DNA of 62,883 bases, filler included, from Choristocarpus tenellus KU-1152 (GCA_964200185.2; 10 parts of 10 records of this genome joined end to end with filler, not necessarily neighbours in it); one strand, 5' to 3'; positions 13,411 to 27,689 are shown, counted from the whole stretch's first letter. The notes: generated by a model not told the origin, from the sequence alone. A program made the numbers and translations.

Positions 13411-14437
13411 GCAACAACAACCTTCCTACTCATGTCAGTCAGAGGGAGATGTACACGTTGGTGACAATGATCTGCGCCTTTGTCCACCTGGACCGTATGG
13501 AAGTGCTCGAACATAGGAATGTCTTCGGAATGATCTTCTTCCCGGTTCCCAAGGTTGTCTGCATCAACACTTCCTTCGTAAGAGTTGGGGGGGGGTCAAG
13601 TCTGGGGCTTCTCCCAACCACTTCAAGAATCCAGGGACCGCCACATCCATGTATGCTTGCGTTGTCAAGGCATGTCTCGCATTCCGTGAAACTGTGCTTC
13701 CGCATTCCTTCACGGACCTCGCCACATAGGCGATGGGAACGACTTCAAACGACCAGCAGTCATCTTTGAACCACACACGTATTCTTCAGTCTCCTGAGTA
13801 CCCATGACGTTACAGCATTCAACTCGAACCCTATGCCCGTAACCACGTCTTCACAAGCCATGATTCACTGTGTTCCGAGAACTTGTATGGGTATTGGTTC
13901 TCCAGCGTTAGACGTTACGGTGGAGTGGTGTGATGGTGATACTGGGGGGGTCTTCCACAATACACAGCGTCTGCATAATCGAAATGAAATCTGTAGTATA
14001 GCAACGACCATACTTGTGAGTTCTCTTTTTCCCGTTCAGATTTTCAGTGAAAAAAAGCAAAACCAAACAGCAAACCCCCCCCTATGTGTTGAGATAGAAT
14101 TGTATCACTTTACCCAAAGATCTAGATGCTGAAGGACAAAGTTCTTAAGTGCTGTATTTTGGTGTGGAAGTTGAACTTTATGAAATGATTAGAATGTTCA
14201 TTACATTTTACACCGAATGACTTAAAATTGGAAATGTATGTCATGGTATCCATTCACTTTGGTCGAAAAAAAATCACTACACAATACCAATGCACTTACT
14301 CACTCACTCCTTTCTTCACAACCTGGAGGGTAGCGTAGAGCCCTCTAAGAAAAGAGAGAGTTACTGGCACCGATAAATAGGGAGTAGTTTATACAAAAAT
14401 AAGAGGACTAGTTCGTTGTAGCAGGACCGGCGGATCC

Positions 14438-17400
14438 ATGGTTGATTGGATACCTTATGCTGTCACATTGCTGGCTATCTTGCCACTTCTAGTGGTTGGC
14501 ACAAAGTGAGTTCCCTCTTTCAGATTTCCCGTCACGTATGTATTCACTACTAACCCGAAACCCATTTTGTGCAATCAGGGTAGTCACTCCCACTATATCC
14601 ACGGGATCATCTTTTCCACAGGCGATTGTGGACCTGTGTGCCTTACATGGTGGGCTGGGCGATGGAAAGGTTGCATCGCTGTCATCGAATGTATGTTCGC
14701 AGTCGTCGACCGTACCGAATCATCCTAATCCGCCACGCTGAGTCTCAGGGTAATGTGGATAAAGAAGTCTATCAATCTACCCCCGACCATGCCCTCAAGA
14801 TCACACCCAAGGGGATGTTGCAGGCATGTCCAAACTATGGTCGATTTGCTCTATTTTTGGTACCAGGGAAACCAATTTTGCAGTTTGATGCGATGCTATT
14901 GATAGTGTAGATTCTAGATCCTTGAAGCCATCGACATAAAATATGTATGCTAGAGAAGGCGGAACTTGTTTTGGAGTGACATAATAAAAGTAGGACCTCT
15001 CTCGTTCCAGCCCTTTACTCCACGTCTGCCCATAGAAGGAGTACTACCCCCTTTGCCTCACACTACACGTTTATGCCCTGATCTACATCGTAACTTTTCA
15101 TTTCTCTGGGACTTGAGAGCAGAGGGGCCCCATGCGACCATTATCATTCGCAGTCACTCCTTCACCACCACGCATACCTTGCTCTTCTGATCCTAACTGC
15201 AGGCGCGCGATGCTGGAGAGCGCTTACGAGATCTCATCGGAGACGAAAGTGTTTACTTTCTTATATCCCCCTATACGCGAGCACGCATGACATATCAAAT
15301 CATTCGGGAAGTGTTGAACCCGAGAAAGTGGGCAATGAAGGAGGACCCCAGACTGAGAGGTCAGTAGCGATAATTTCACTCTCTTACATTCCTCCTTCTG
15401 CATTACCCCCCCTGCCTCAGAGCATTTTTCCAAACTTGGACTAGAAGTAGCTTTCGCCTTGAATTTTATTCACTTCCGCAATATAGTGTTGTGTTGGTGT
15501 TGATCAACTTCCTGTTTTTTGAAGGAACATGTAGAATCGAAGGCAGTCTTGCGAAATTCTTGCTGCAAATGTGTCAGCTTGTTTCTCGCATGTAAGAGCA
15601 GTCATATCAGTCAACACCTGACCCCATGATGTTGTTCCCCCCCCTCCCCTCCCCCTCACCCCTCCCCTCCTTTGTCACAATCCCCCTTTGTATCCCCCTG
15701 TGTAAGCAGAGTTAGATTTCGGAAATTTTCAAGACTCGGAAGAAATGGAAGAGACGATGGAGGTGAGAACCGTGTGGACTCCACCACACCACCGCGTCAC
15801 TTGAAATGATGATATCAAAAGTACTTACATGGTACAAATGCACCCAGTCCCTTCCCAGAGATGAATGAAAGAGAAGAAAAGAAAGAAATCGAAATAAAGC
15901 GAGGTCAAGCTCAGCTGGAATGATGCCTTCTTTGGCCTTGGAGAAGACAGTTCGCCACTGCAGTGGTACCAAGAAACAATGATAAATGGATGGGAGCACA
16001 AAAACGTGATTTAAGTAACTCGATATACACTTCTAAACATTTAGTGAATCTTGTCTTCTTGTGCAGCTTCGCACACGGAGTATACAGGACATAAATAAAC
16101 CCCTTCAAAATCGATGTAATGTATGCACTTCCTGATGGAAAATACGAGTGCCTGTAGTATAAATGTATGAATAAATATATTTGGTCACATCTTGCTCCTC
16201 GAAGCTTCCACTCTTCATCTGCACATCACAAGCTCACAAACGAACCTGTGATGTGGACTGGTTTTCCTAGACAAGGAGGCTCTATGGACGTTTCTGGTTC
16301 CGTTTCAAGGACGGGGAATCTGGCGCGGATGTGTATGACCGGGCAACGGCGTTCTGGGAGAGTGTTTTTCGGCTGATGGACAATGCCTCCGGCAAGCATC
16401 AATACAAGAATTTCGTCATTGTCACCCATGGGCTCATGATGGTGAGCAGCCTCAGGTGTTACGGCAACGATGTGAAAAATTGTAGTTCAAGTACAAGCTA
16501 TGCTGTTCCTGGCACTGAAAGGGGGGAAGCGAATTGAGGTGGGATATATTGGTAGATGAGTGGTGAAAGAAAAGAAAACAAAAATTCCAACCCCCCCCCC
16601 CCCCCTCCCCTGTCCAATCTTGCCTCGTTATTTTTAAGTGAATCCCTCTCAGGGTGTTTTGGGGTCCTCCCACTAGGTAGCATGTGTGATTTTCTATCCA
16701 GAGTATATGCTGCATGGCACAGGAACTATAAGCGATCCCTTACAAGGGCAAAACATGCTCCAGTGGTCAAGGGTTGTGTGTGTGTGAGTGTGTGTGTGTG
16801 TGTCTGTCAGGGAAGACTTTGTGTGAGTGGCTGGACCAAATCGCACTATTGCGTAGATTTTGTGCCAGGCACATTTGATGTTACAGGGTTGGGTTCCTAT
16901 TTGCTGTCTCTGGTCAGTTAGTACTTGATCGGAGCCTTTGAAATGTATTGGTCATGCCACTCTTGCGGACTTTTTTGTGTACTGCTTGTATGTGAAGACC
17001 CCTTTTCATCTTTATGCCTGTTGCTGTACTATTGCTGCTACGCATTGTAGTCCCCCTATTGTACTAATGGGGGGGGGGGAGAGGGTTACGAGGCATGGAA
17101 AGTAGTGTTTGTGTCAAGAGTTGAAGTGTCCTGTTGTAGGTTTCACAATGCAAGGGCGTGCTCTACTGCAGTGTGCTGTGATTGCTGAAGAAGTGGTGTC
17201 TATATTATATTATCATCGAGCGAGTGCCGCAGTTGCCAGGAGTGCTTGTTTCTTTTTTTTAGGAAAAATGTAAATAACCTGTGTGACATGGCAATGCTCT
17301 TTCAACAAGAGGCATGTGTGGATTTAAAAAAAACATGTGTCTGATTCATTTATTTTTGGTAAGATGAATTGTGAAGCGAAGAAGACATCAAGACACCTAG

Positions 17401-19044
17401 GCGGTGCAATGCTTATTGCCTTGCAACAGTCAAAGTTGCCATCAGGCAGACAATGAATTCTCAAAAGGAACGGGTTGGTTACTGTGCTGTCAGTGATGGG
17501 AGATAAACCCCTAACAGCCACATTATTGCTTTCCACCGCTGTTGGGCAGTATTGACTCACCGTTGCCCGTCATTATTCCTCATGCATAGGTGTTATCTGT
17601 CCCCAAACCATAGCTTGTGCTTTACCTTTGGAATTTTCCTTCTCCATGATTTATCATTGTCTACCCCCCCCCCCACTCGCCCTCCCTTTGCCTCCTTTCT
17701 GTTTGACGCTTGAACCTCTCTGTAGCGCCTGATACTCATGCGCTATTTTCGGTGGGAGGTAGAGCACTTTGAGATGGTCTGGAACCCTGACAACTGCAAG
17801 TTCTGGATTATGGAACGCGATGAAAGGGGAAGCTTCAAGGTGGTGGTCACAAGAAGAGTTTATGGCATGGAGGTTTAGACCGGAGTTAGTGACTGACAGA
17901 AATTTCACGTATGTTGGGATTGTTCTTTTCCCTTGGGATTCGTGGTTAGGTGCAATTCAATCCCTGCTCCAAGAAGGATTTGACAACTTCACTGACAAGC
18001 TGCTACTGCCCGTGGCATGTGTTTAGAACATTGATGTGTTTGTCACCGGTGGTTGAGTGTTTGCTATGTAGAGAGTTCAATGCATACACCACATGTTGGC
18101 AAGGAAGGAGGGTGTGTGAGAACACTGTTGAGTAGGTTTGCATAAGTAGGTTGTAAGGAGGGAAATACTCTTGTTGTATTCTCCATAGTGTTAAATCGTT
18201 AACGGTGAGTTGTATGCAAGTGTCTGTAGAAAGAAGCATTGTTTGATTGGTTAGTCTCCTTGATATGCACAGATTGAGATGCCGTATGAATTGTTGTATG
18301 GCTCACAGATTTCATTCGCAACTTCTCCCCCACATCATGCTGTGCATTTCCCGTATGGCCATAATAGACCTCACCCTCAGCCCTCCCTTGTAGGAAGCCC
18401 TGCTGTAATATCTAATGAACTGTATCTTCCTCCCTGTGCCCCCCCCTCCCCTCCCTCTCCGTACTCTACTGCCCTACCTTGCTCTAACGAAACCTGCTTG
18501 CATCATATGTGTCTCAACACGCCTGTAGCTGGTGACGGAGATCCTAGATCATCCTGAGTCGACCTCATCCCCCCGCATCTCTGCTGAATCATCCCTTGAT
18601 GATGGTCTTGGTGGGGCCGTCAGCAACATCGTGGGAGGAAGACTGCCAAACTATGTCGTTGGGTTAGGGGGCAGTGGAGCAACGGAACCTGGGACAATAG
18701 CGGAGTCTAGATTTGGTACTGGAAGGAAGGTGGTCTCAGACAGTGCTGAGAGGAAGGGGACCTTTGATGCCGACCCCTTGAAAGGAGACAACAGTGCAGG
18801 GGCTAGGAGAGGGGAGGAAGGGATAGGAGTGGATGGTTTATTGAGGGCTAGGGGGGTGGAGGGAAGAGGGGGGGGGCAGGTAGAGATAGTAGATGGGGGA
18901 TTGAGAGGGGTGAGTGGAAGTAACCAGGGTCAGGAGTCATGTCATGGAGGTTTGGAGCTAAAGGGGCATATGGTACTGAGGTCTTTGAGGAGCCTAAGTG
19001 AGGACACCTTGATAGATATCCTAGAGGATGAGGAGCCAGACATG
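14438..19044 (+). CDS. Histidine phosphatase / phosphoglycerate mutase-family protein; exons 14438-14505, 14622-14823, 15203-15359, 15710-15762, 16271-16441, 17726-17839, 18529-19044 (3' end uncertain; may read to the stop at 19137)
   Basis: Motifs IILIRHAESQGN, ISPYTRAR, EDPRLRELDFGNFQ, GRFWFRFKDGESGADVYDR and VIVTHGLMMRLILMRYFRW. All exon phases are compatible. The N-terminus is hydrophobic. Confidence 0.92.
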
Positions 19045-22000
19045 GTGAGAGCATGTTGTGTACAGCATTGTGGTGACTGTGGTGGTCCTTACATGGATGC
19101 AGTTTGCTGTATATGCTTACTCTGGTGGTGTAGGTAGTAATTCTCATGTTGTATCTTGCGTTGTGAGATCGACATGCAACACACCGATGTTTTTTTTTTT
19201 TGCTCTGCTCTTACTAACGCCTCTTTCTCGAAAAAAAACTGGAGCTTGGTGTGTTGTTTTTGACCTGAAAAATTGAAGTGTGATCATTAGGTGAACGGTG
19301 CTTGCTGTTGCTCTTGGTTGTGTGAAGGTTACTAATGAAAGGTTGCAATGTGTATGCATGGTTGTGATGAATGACTCAAGTGTCGTTTTTTCCTTGGGTC
19401 AGTCAAAAATACTGGTAAAAAAATATTTCAATTGGTACCGATCGGAGATTGTTTGGGGTTGGAAGAATGAGGAGTACGATTTCTGCAATGTTAGCGATTG
19501 AATCTTTTGGTTATTCACCTTTTGTTCACTGGTTGGAGTCTGAGGTGTTGCAGTGATAAAATTGTCTTGGACCTAAGAGGTGACCTAGAACATCATATTT
19601 ATGCCACAAATCATATCTATGCCATAAACTCTACTACTTGAGAGTATATTCACTGTGCGTTCAAGGTGTGATCTGTGACCCTTTCCTCGTGCAATCCAAA
19701 AATCTCTCCGCAATAAAGAGGTGGCAGGAAGGATACGCCTGTTCTATACTTAGCAAAACTTCTATACCGGAGCATGTAGAGGATGAGTCACTACGACCCT
19801 CATTTTTTCTGCAAAGGGTTTCGTCCTGCAAACCTTTATGGCCGGTTGCCCATAGTGTTGTGTTGTGAATTGAAAGGGACTGTTAGCGTTTGTTTCACTT
19901 ATCGAATCGAAAGTACTCCATTGTCTCGATCGGACTGAACCTTGCATGAAGCGGTTAGTAGCCCGTGTGTGGACTGCAAGAAAGTCGTGAGAGCATCATG
20001 AACAAGTACGCACTGGCTCTATTTTGGATCGGTTCGAATGGGTCTTGTGGCAGGCTGCAAAACGAGCATGAGATGGTATTAAAAAAAAAATGTTATTTTT
20101 TCTGCGGGTGTTGGAAATAACAATGATGAGGTATACCCTAAAATCTCAGCAAAATTTGACTTTAGTCTACCTGTTCTGCGCTGCCCGTCACGAAGTCGGA
20201 GAAACGCCTTCCTGATGAGTTTTTTTCCAATCTCATGTACTTCATCTGTTGAAACCGATGCCGGACAGAGGAAGTAGTGGATTGTGCAGCACGCATGCAT
20301 ACGTGTGACCTTACAATGAAGTAATCGTTTTTTTTTGTTAGAAATTTAATTACTCTTTGATAGGAAAAATAAAAGAAGAAATGATCTAATTGAATCATCG
20401 TGATTGACAACACTGGTGACTGTATCACCTGTTTTTTGTGAAGAGAAAAATATATATATATATATATTCCTAGAACAGAATCGTTTCTGCTTTCAAATTG
20501 CAGTACAATTGTATGACGGCAAGATGGTTGGAATTGTTCAGATCAGAATTCCATGCTCAGGGCGTAGGTTCTGTTTCAGGGGCAGGGGAGTAGGAGCTTC
20601 GGAGTGTGCCATCCTTAGCTGTTGTATGCTTGTGTCTCAAACATTCAAGGGTAGCTTCCAACTATCAACATTTATGTGAGTTTGGACTGAAGCTGAGTAG
20701 TGAAGCCATGCAGAGTGTCAAGCCTTTTTTTTTTTGGTCTTGAATGTGATCGATGTATGTTGGTAGGTTGGATAATCTGGGTGAGGTGCAACTTGGCCCT
20801 CAGGTACTTGCAAAGGGAATGGAAGAAGTCATCTGAAAGTCTTCATCAAAAGGTTGTTTTGAAAACTTGTTGCACACTTTTGGGAGGAGGTTTGGAGTGT
20901 GAGGGACGTGTATATGGTGTGATGCGTACAACCTATTGTTTGGACAAGTGACGGATAGCGTGCTGTATTTAAATGCCCAGGCAAATGTGATGAGATATAC
21001 TTCTAAGGCGTTTGCAGAATTGTTGTTGTTCTCTTTGTTGTCCTGCTTACCTGCTGCTAGCGAACTATGTATTATCTGGGTTCTTCTAGGGTGGCTCAAA
21101 CAGTTTCAGATTCTTTTCCTTTTATATTTTTTACAAGAAAACACGCATGACATGAAAAAAAAGGTTGGACAAAAAATTCATGAGCCTGACTTGTGCTTCC
21201 TACATTGCCTTGTAGGGTTTCTAGGTCTTGTTTGGATTACTCTCATTATACACTGTTATGTACACGCTTATTTTTCAGGGTTAGAGTTTAGGGTTAGGGG
21301 TAGGGAAGATATCTGTGTAGCGTAGAAAATTCTTCTGTAAAAGAGTTGGAAACCAGATTATTTCTAGCAGAGTACAGATGTATGTGAGTTACGTACAATA
21401 ACATAAGAACATCCACCTTACGCTACGTGTGTCGACAATAATCGACACCCCTCCTGACTGTTGATGTCCATGTTGCCTTTAGTTAAAAAAAAAAACTTAG
21501 CACCCTGAGGATTGTTGTTGATGTAGGTTGTCTTGTTTGTGCTTTCTTGACTGCTTGGAGCTTGGATACGCGATTGGTTTGAATGACTTGGCGTGCAGAA
21601 CATTGGTTTGAGACCAGAGAGTGTTCCTACTTTCGCTCAGTAGAGTTAGGTTAACTTTGGAGGCTTCATCTCGACATGCAATGCTCTGTTGTTTTAGTCT
21701 GAGACTAGGAACCTACCTTGACCCTACCTGGGCCTTTGACCCACGGTCGGAAACACTACATACTGAACTACTTCTTTACTATCAATGAGTTGTTGCCACT
21801 TTTTTTTTTTCTTGTGCATTGGTATCAGTCATCCCACCGCTTGTTGCTCCACCTCCCTCAAGTCTTGCACGGCACTGGCCTGGTGTCGGGGTTGGTGAAG
21901 CATCACCATCACAATCAAGAGTTTCCGTGCTCTTCCTTGTGGTTTAGCACCAGTCAGGAGGGTACAGGTGTTCTTTTGCGTTTTCTATTCCACGTGGTCC

Positions 22001-25000
22001 ATCTCGATCAGACTGCCCTTGAATGAGAATCTGTCCTCAACCGGACTTGAACCTGCCCATTGTTTTTACTGAAGCTGGTAGGCTATGACTGAGCCATGAG
22101 GATGTTATGTATGTATGCGTGTACATTTCTATGATAGTACCTGATGCTACTGGGTTGAGAAGGCATTCGACCAACCTTGCATCTACGGCAAACAGTATTT
22201 TTTTGTTATTTGAATTCCTCCCCTTCCCCCCCCCCCCCACCTTCCCCCTTCAACCCCTCCCAAGAATGCTGACTTGTTTGAACAGGATGATCAGGTCAAT
22301 AAGGGTGGCGGTGACCCAAACACTGAACAGTTCGGGATGAAAACACTTTGATGCCCTGTTGTGATACCATCAGCCGTGAGGCCACCCTTACACTGCCTTT
22401 TGGCTGTGATCCTTCAACACCTCTTGAAACAGAGAAACATTTTTAAAGATCTCCGTCTACTCCTTGGAGGTCGTTGAGTGGACAGGGTAGGCCTCTCCTT
22501 AGACCTGAAAGTCAATTGAGTTGTGGTTTGACAAGCAAGGTATTGGACTTGATTGAATAGTCTTCTATGCACTAAGTTCCCCTCGCTGCAGACCAGGATA
22601 CCGACAGTAGATCGGTTCAGCCTTGTTGTGGGGGAGAGGGATTCGATATCTTCAGGTCAGGTACAGGATCAATGGGATAAGCTTTTAAGTAATTGGGATA
22701 TGATGCATTGTGCCGAACAGAATTTTTGAGTTGGTAACTTCCTCATTTGTAACTTGTTGCCATACACTCAACCCATCACCCCCCTTTTGCCTCAAGTTTC
22801 TTCCTGTCGAGAAGTCTCTGACTCATTGTTGTGAAACCTTGTGTGCACGGCAGACAGACACATCTTGGTGATAGAAAAAGAGTCCATATTTTCACGGCCT
22901 AATGATGAACCTCTTTTTGTTTCTATTGGTGAAGGGGGCATTGTTGTCGCTTGCTTATTTAGTTACTGTATTGACGACATTTTTGATGCATTTTTTCCCT
23001 TTTTTTCTTTGAGTTGTTGCTGTGTAACCGGCAGGGCACTACTCTGTATATACCTGCTGTGTATCTAGTGATGTCCCATTCTGTGTAACCAAAGAAAAAG
23101 GAAGTGACCCCGTTGGTAATCATGCATACGATGATTCGATCGAGTTGACTTGTTTTTGAATTTGAAAAAAATCCGTATGGTTGTTGAAAAATTTCGATTT
23201 GATGGTTTTTTTTTTTACTTTCTGGTGTATGTGCGCAATGCACGCAATCTTAGATTGAATCAAGTACGTGAAAGATTTCCAAACCGATTTAGTTGATACT
23301 GATGGATTCCATTCACAGGTGTACTGTAAGAGATACAACTATAGATACATGTTGCCATTTGATGCCTTAGTTTTAGTGTGGTGGTGGTAGCCCTTCAATT
23401 TGCACTGATTGGTCATGAATGAAACTGTTGGGGCTTGAAGAGCATTGAAGAACCAAAAAAGGTGCTTTAGAATATGGGTGTGGTGCTAAAGGTTTAAACA
23501 AAATGGAAAATGTATGCTTCCCAACTTTTCTGAGTTTGTTGAAGTGTTGGCTTGACCATGATGAGAGGTAGTGAGAGATAGTTCTCGTTTGCTTTACTTG
23601 GTCACATTTACAGTCTATAATACTGTACCTACAGTTGGGAATTTAGAGATTAGCTGCTTGTGTCACTAGCCATGGCCGTGTGGTCATGTGATGACGTGCT
23701 CGAACCTATATGGAAAGCAGTATATTCATACCATCAAGAAAGAAGTGCTCCAGTGTGAGTGAACACCTGGCATTTCTCCCCGGTGCATCTCAGTGCAAAG
23801 AACCATGTATGCTGTATGTGCAGAGCTGTATGTAGACATCCATGTACATTGCTCACTCATGTAGAGGAGTGAACCAATGTTGAGTATGAGTATGAGAGAC
23901 TGGAAATGGAAATTGAAGTCTGCAGTGTATTGTGGACAAGATGTAAGAGTATGATGAACTTGATCCATGGTACTAATAATGTAGTATAATTTATTGATGT
24001 AATACTGGCAAAGTAGTAGTGCCACGCAAAAAGTGTATTTGTGTCGGATAGTATATCATGAGGTACATGTCTGAAAAGTCTTCAGGAAGGAGATTCTTCA
24101 ATACTTCAGTGATGTGCTCTTACCAGACCACGTGCTATACGTGAAGATACTGTCTCTGTGGTCGGCAATCAAACTTTGAGGTTGAGGATATGCACAAAGC
24201 TTCACACATGTGTACATGGTCTCAAAGATGAAACGGTATATAAACTGTGCATTTCTTGTCAATCAATTCATGGAAAATTGGGTCGGAAGAAGTGGTGTGG
24301 ACAAGCGATTGTTTCAGGGAGTAGAACAAGCTTTGGATGGTGACAATTTTGTGTTTTAGGGTAAGGTATTGTACCAATGGTTTTTGTGTCACCCTTTGAA
24401 CCATCGTTATATTAGGATGTTTTGTGTCAAAACAGTATGAGTGCTCTAGCAAATGCCTCTCTGAAAGCATCTTTGCATTCCTATTGTATGGGTTGCTTGG
24501 GCAAAATGGGCAGCATAGTGCAATATGTGAAGAACAGTACGAGGACCTGACTAAAAGACGCAGGGATAACAGTTACTCTTTAGGGAACAAGGGTGAAAAA
24601 AAAGTGATTATGATTAGAAATTCTGGAGCATGTTGTACTTGAACTGTTTAGTCATAATATTATTTTACGCATGCCACCATTTTCGATACAGAAGAAAGTG
24701 AACACAGTGGAGGTGTTGGGTAAGGAGAATGTCTGATGACGTGTGATGGACAAGAGGGGATGAGATGGTAACAGCAGAGTACAGTGGAGTATTGATTTTA
24801 TTCTTGTGCAAGGGCAAAAACACCTTGTCAATGGCAGAGTAAGGCCTCCAAAAGGGAACAACAGAGTGCGTGAAACCATCTCAGACGCCTTCAATTAATT
24901 GCTGACTTAGCGAAAAGTTAGACAGTATTAGTAATGATATTCTTGTCAATTGCAAGGTTCCACAATTCTTAGTCTTGGGTTTGCTTAGGGATAATATGGA

Positions 25001-25517
25001 AGCAGTACATATTGTTCATTGTGTTTTGAGTCAGGGTTGCATTTTTAGGATACTGACAAGTATGTGTAAATTTCGCCATTTTGTTTGCAAAAATGTAGGA
25101 AGTTTCTTCATCCTGTCGAAAGTTTTTCAAAAACTAGAGAAATCAACACTCTCAAATCATTTTTTCTACTTAATCCATACAAACACGGGTGAATCGCAGA
25201 AGAGTAAGAAAGTGGTTTAAATAAAAGTGGATTTCAAAAATTAAGGATGAAGCGTACTATGGAGGATGGGTTTGACCCAAAATTGACTGGGAAAAAGTGC
25301 CGATATGTTTCTTTTGTAAATGTTGCGGCACTTTTTAAGGGCCCCTTATTGAATTGGAATCCGTGCTGGATGTGGTAGTAGTACAGTGTGTGGGGGGNNN
25401 NNNNNNNNNNNNNNNNNNNNNNNNNNNNNNNNNNNNNNNNNTTAATTAATTAANNNNNNNNNNNNNNNNNNNNNNNNNNNNNNNNNNNNNNNNNNNNCCC
25501 CCAGATACTTTGACCCG

Positions 25518-25716
25518 ATTTTGATGTAATTTTGACTATTGTGTTTGTTAGGAGGTGTCAATACCCTTGTTCTCGACACACCTTTTCATAACGTATACAT
25601 TTTACCTACTCCAAAACATTTCAGAGTAGGTAAAATGTCATCAAAAAACGTGTGGGAAGCCAAGCCCCAAATGGATAAATAGGGCAGAACTCGTACCCTC
25701 TAAGATACTTTCACTC
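25518..25716 (-). mobile_element. MITE family B copy, interrupted by a family A right end at 25498-25517
   Basis: Reverse complement of the GAGTGAAAGTATCTTAGAGGGTAC left end plus the shared B internal sequence. Confidence 0.8.
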
Positions 25717-26160
25717 TCAATACAGTGCAAAACGGTAGCGATTGAGACCTCAACGCTTTATATACGAAGGCCTTCAGGACTACGACCATACCAATTTCGT
25801 CCCATACCGTTGATGTTCTTGTGCTCATGGATTCCACCTTCGCCACTGCTATGTTGCCACCTGTGTAAATATTTTGTCGGAAGCTCCAGATAGAATACCG
25901 AGTGAATGCAATTTCGCGCAAAAATCGGCGTAAACCCTATGCACGCCGGTCTGTCAATTCGGCAGTATAGTCCACGGCCCTGTCGACACTGGCGAATTTA
26001 TGTTTCGTGTATACTAAGAGGCCTCCATTTAATTGCGCTTTGAAATCCAACGGGAGCAAATCTCACGTTAGACCAAGATTAGCGATGTATGCGTTTTTCT
26101 CGGCCGTGAACACAACCACACGGCTCAACACATGTTTATGTGTTCATTTGTATTTGGAGC

Positions 26161-27175
26161 TACACACCAGCTGTCAGCAGTGATAATACCAACATTTTCA
26201 AACTCAATGCCCTCTACTTATTACCTTTACAACCGTGTACACACCAGCTGTCAATGGTGGTGTCACCAACGTTTTCAAATTCGATGCCCTGTATTTGTTA
26301 CCTTTACAACCGTGCACACACCAGCTGTCAATGGTGGTGTCACCAACGTTTTCAATTTCGATGTCCTGTATTTATTACCTTTTCAGCCGTGCATATACCA
26401 ACTGTCAATGGTGGTAACACCAACATTTTCAAATTCGATGCCCTCTACTTATTACCTCTACAACCGTGTACACACCAGCTGTCAGCAGTGGTAATACCAA
26501 TATTTTCAAATTCGATGACCCGTATTTGTTACATTTACAACCGTGTACACACCATCTGTCAATGATGGTAATACCAAAGTTTTCAGATTCGATGCCCTCT
26601 ATCTATTACCTTTACAACCGTGTACACACCAGCTGTCAGCAGTGGTAATACCAACATTTTCAAACTCAATGCCCCGTATTTTTTACCTTAACAACCGTGT
26701 ACACACCACCTGTCAATGGTGGTGTCACCAACGTTTTCACACTCAATGCCCTGTATTTGGGTTAGTGTACACACCAGCTGTCAGCAGTGGTAACACCGAC
26801 ATTTTCAAATTTGATGCCCCGTATTTGTTACCTTTACAACCGTGTACACACCAGCTGTCAATGGTGGTGTCACCAACGTTTTCACATTCGATGACCTGTA
26901 TTTACTACCTTTACAGCCGTGTACACATCAGCTGTCAATGGTGGTGTCACCAAGATTTTCAAATTCGATGTCCTGTATTTATTACCTTTACAACCGTGTA
27001 CACACCACCTGTCAGCAGTGGTAATACCAATATTATCATATTCGATGCCCTGTATTTGTTACCATTATAACCGTGTACACACCAGCAGCAGATGGTGGTG
27101 TCACCAAGATTTTCAAATTCGATGCCCTGTATTCATTAACCTTTCCACTGTGTACACACCAGCTGTCAATAGTGG
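26161..27175. repeat. 77-bp minisatellite, about 13 units
   Basis: TACACACCAGCTGTCA-like starts recur at 26161, 26238, 26315, 26392, 26469, 26546, 26623, 26700, 26768 (after a shortened unit), 26845, 26922, 26999, 27076 and 27153. Confidence 0.95.
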
Positions 27176-27286
27176 TATCATCAAAATCACGATCGTCACA
27201 TCTATATTGTATTCGATTGAAACGATGAATAAGCCGTATTCTGCCACCCCAGTCGCTGACAATGTAAGCTTCGAAGTCAATGTTGC

Positions 27287-27522
27287 CTAAGTGTCTTAGA
27301 GGGTACGAGTTTTTCGCTGGTTGTTCTTTGGGGCTTGGCTGCCCACGGGTTTTCAACGACATATTGTACTTATTCAAAAATGTTTTGGAGAAGAACAATG
27401 TGTACATTATGGAAAGGAGTGTCCGGAAAAAGGACATTGACATCTCCAAAAAAAAATAATGGCAAGAATTACAGCAAGAATGCAACCATTGAATTCGGCT
27501 CTACCCCTAAGATACTTCAACC
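27287..27522 (+). mobile_element. MITE family B copy (diverged)
   Basis: AAGTGTCTTAGAGGGTACGAG...GGCTCTACCCCTAAGATACTT ends; the internal sequence matches the 49271 and 61937 copies. Confidence 0.75.
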
Positions 27523-27535
27523 CGCACCCATAATA

Positions 27536-27689
27536 GACCCAAAGTATCTGGGGTGCCTATTTGGGTCATAACCAGGAAAAGTGCAATTACATTATCCATC
27601 CGACGTATGCAACCAAATTACCCAAAAATCGTGACAAAAAAAATTGACCCCAAAGGACAACCACCACCTCCCCACAGATACTTCGAGCC
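27536..27689 (+). mobile_element. MITE family A copy
   Basis: GACCCAAAGTATCTGGGG...CAGATACTTCGAGCC inverted ends flanked by AATA/AATA. Confidence 0.8.

Noticed and set aside
13149-13513. Copia LTR defined by the TGTTCGA...TCGAACA inverted repeat
   Set aside because: A 7-bp match could be chance, there is no second LTR or TSD to confirm it, and an earlier AACA end near 13407-13420 is equally plausible.
19950-25380. Short ORFs with a weak echo (SSGRRF at about 20210 minus and 24080 plus)
   Set aside because: The similarity is too short and the frames too disrupted to assign; probably old repeat debris.
26161-27175. CRISPR-like array or repeat protein (ORFs of 120-175 aa)
   Set aside because: Whole units are mutually similar with no unique spacers and no cas genes. 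The ORFs rotate through all frames of a 77-bp unit, which is typical of a stop-poor minisatellite.
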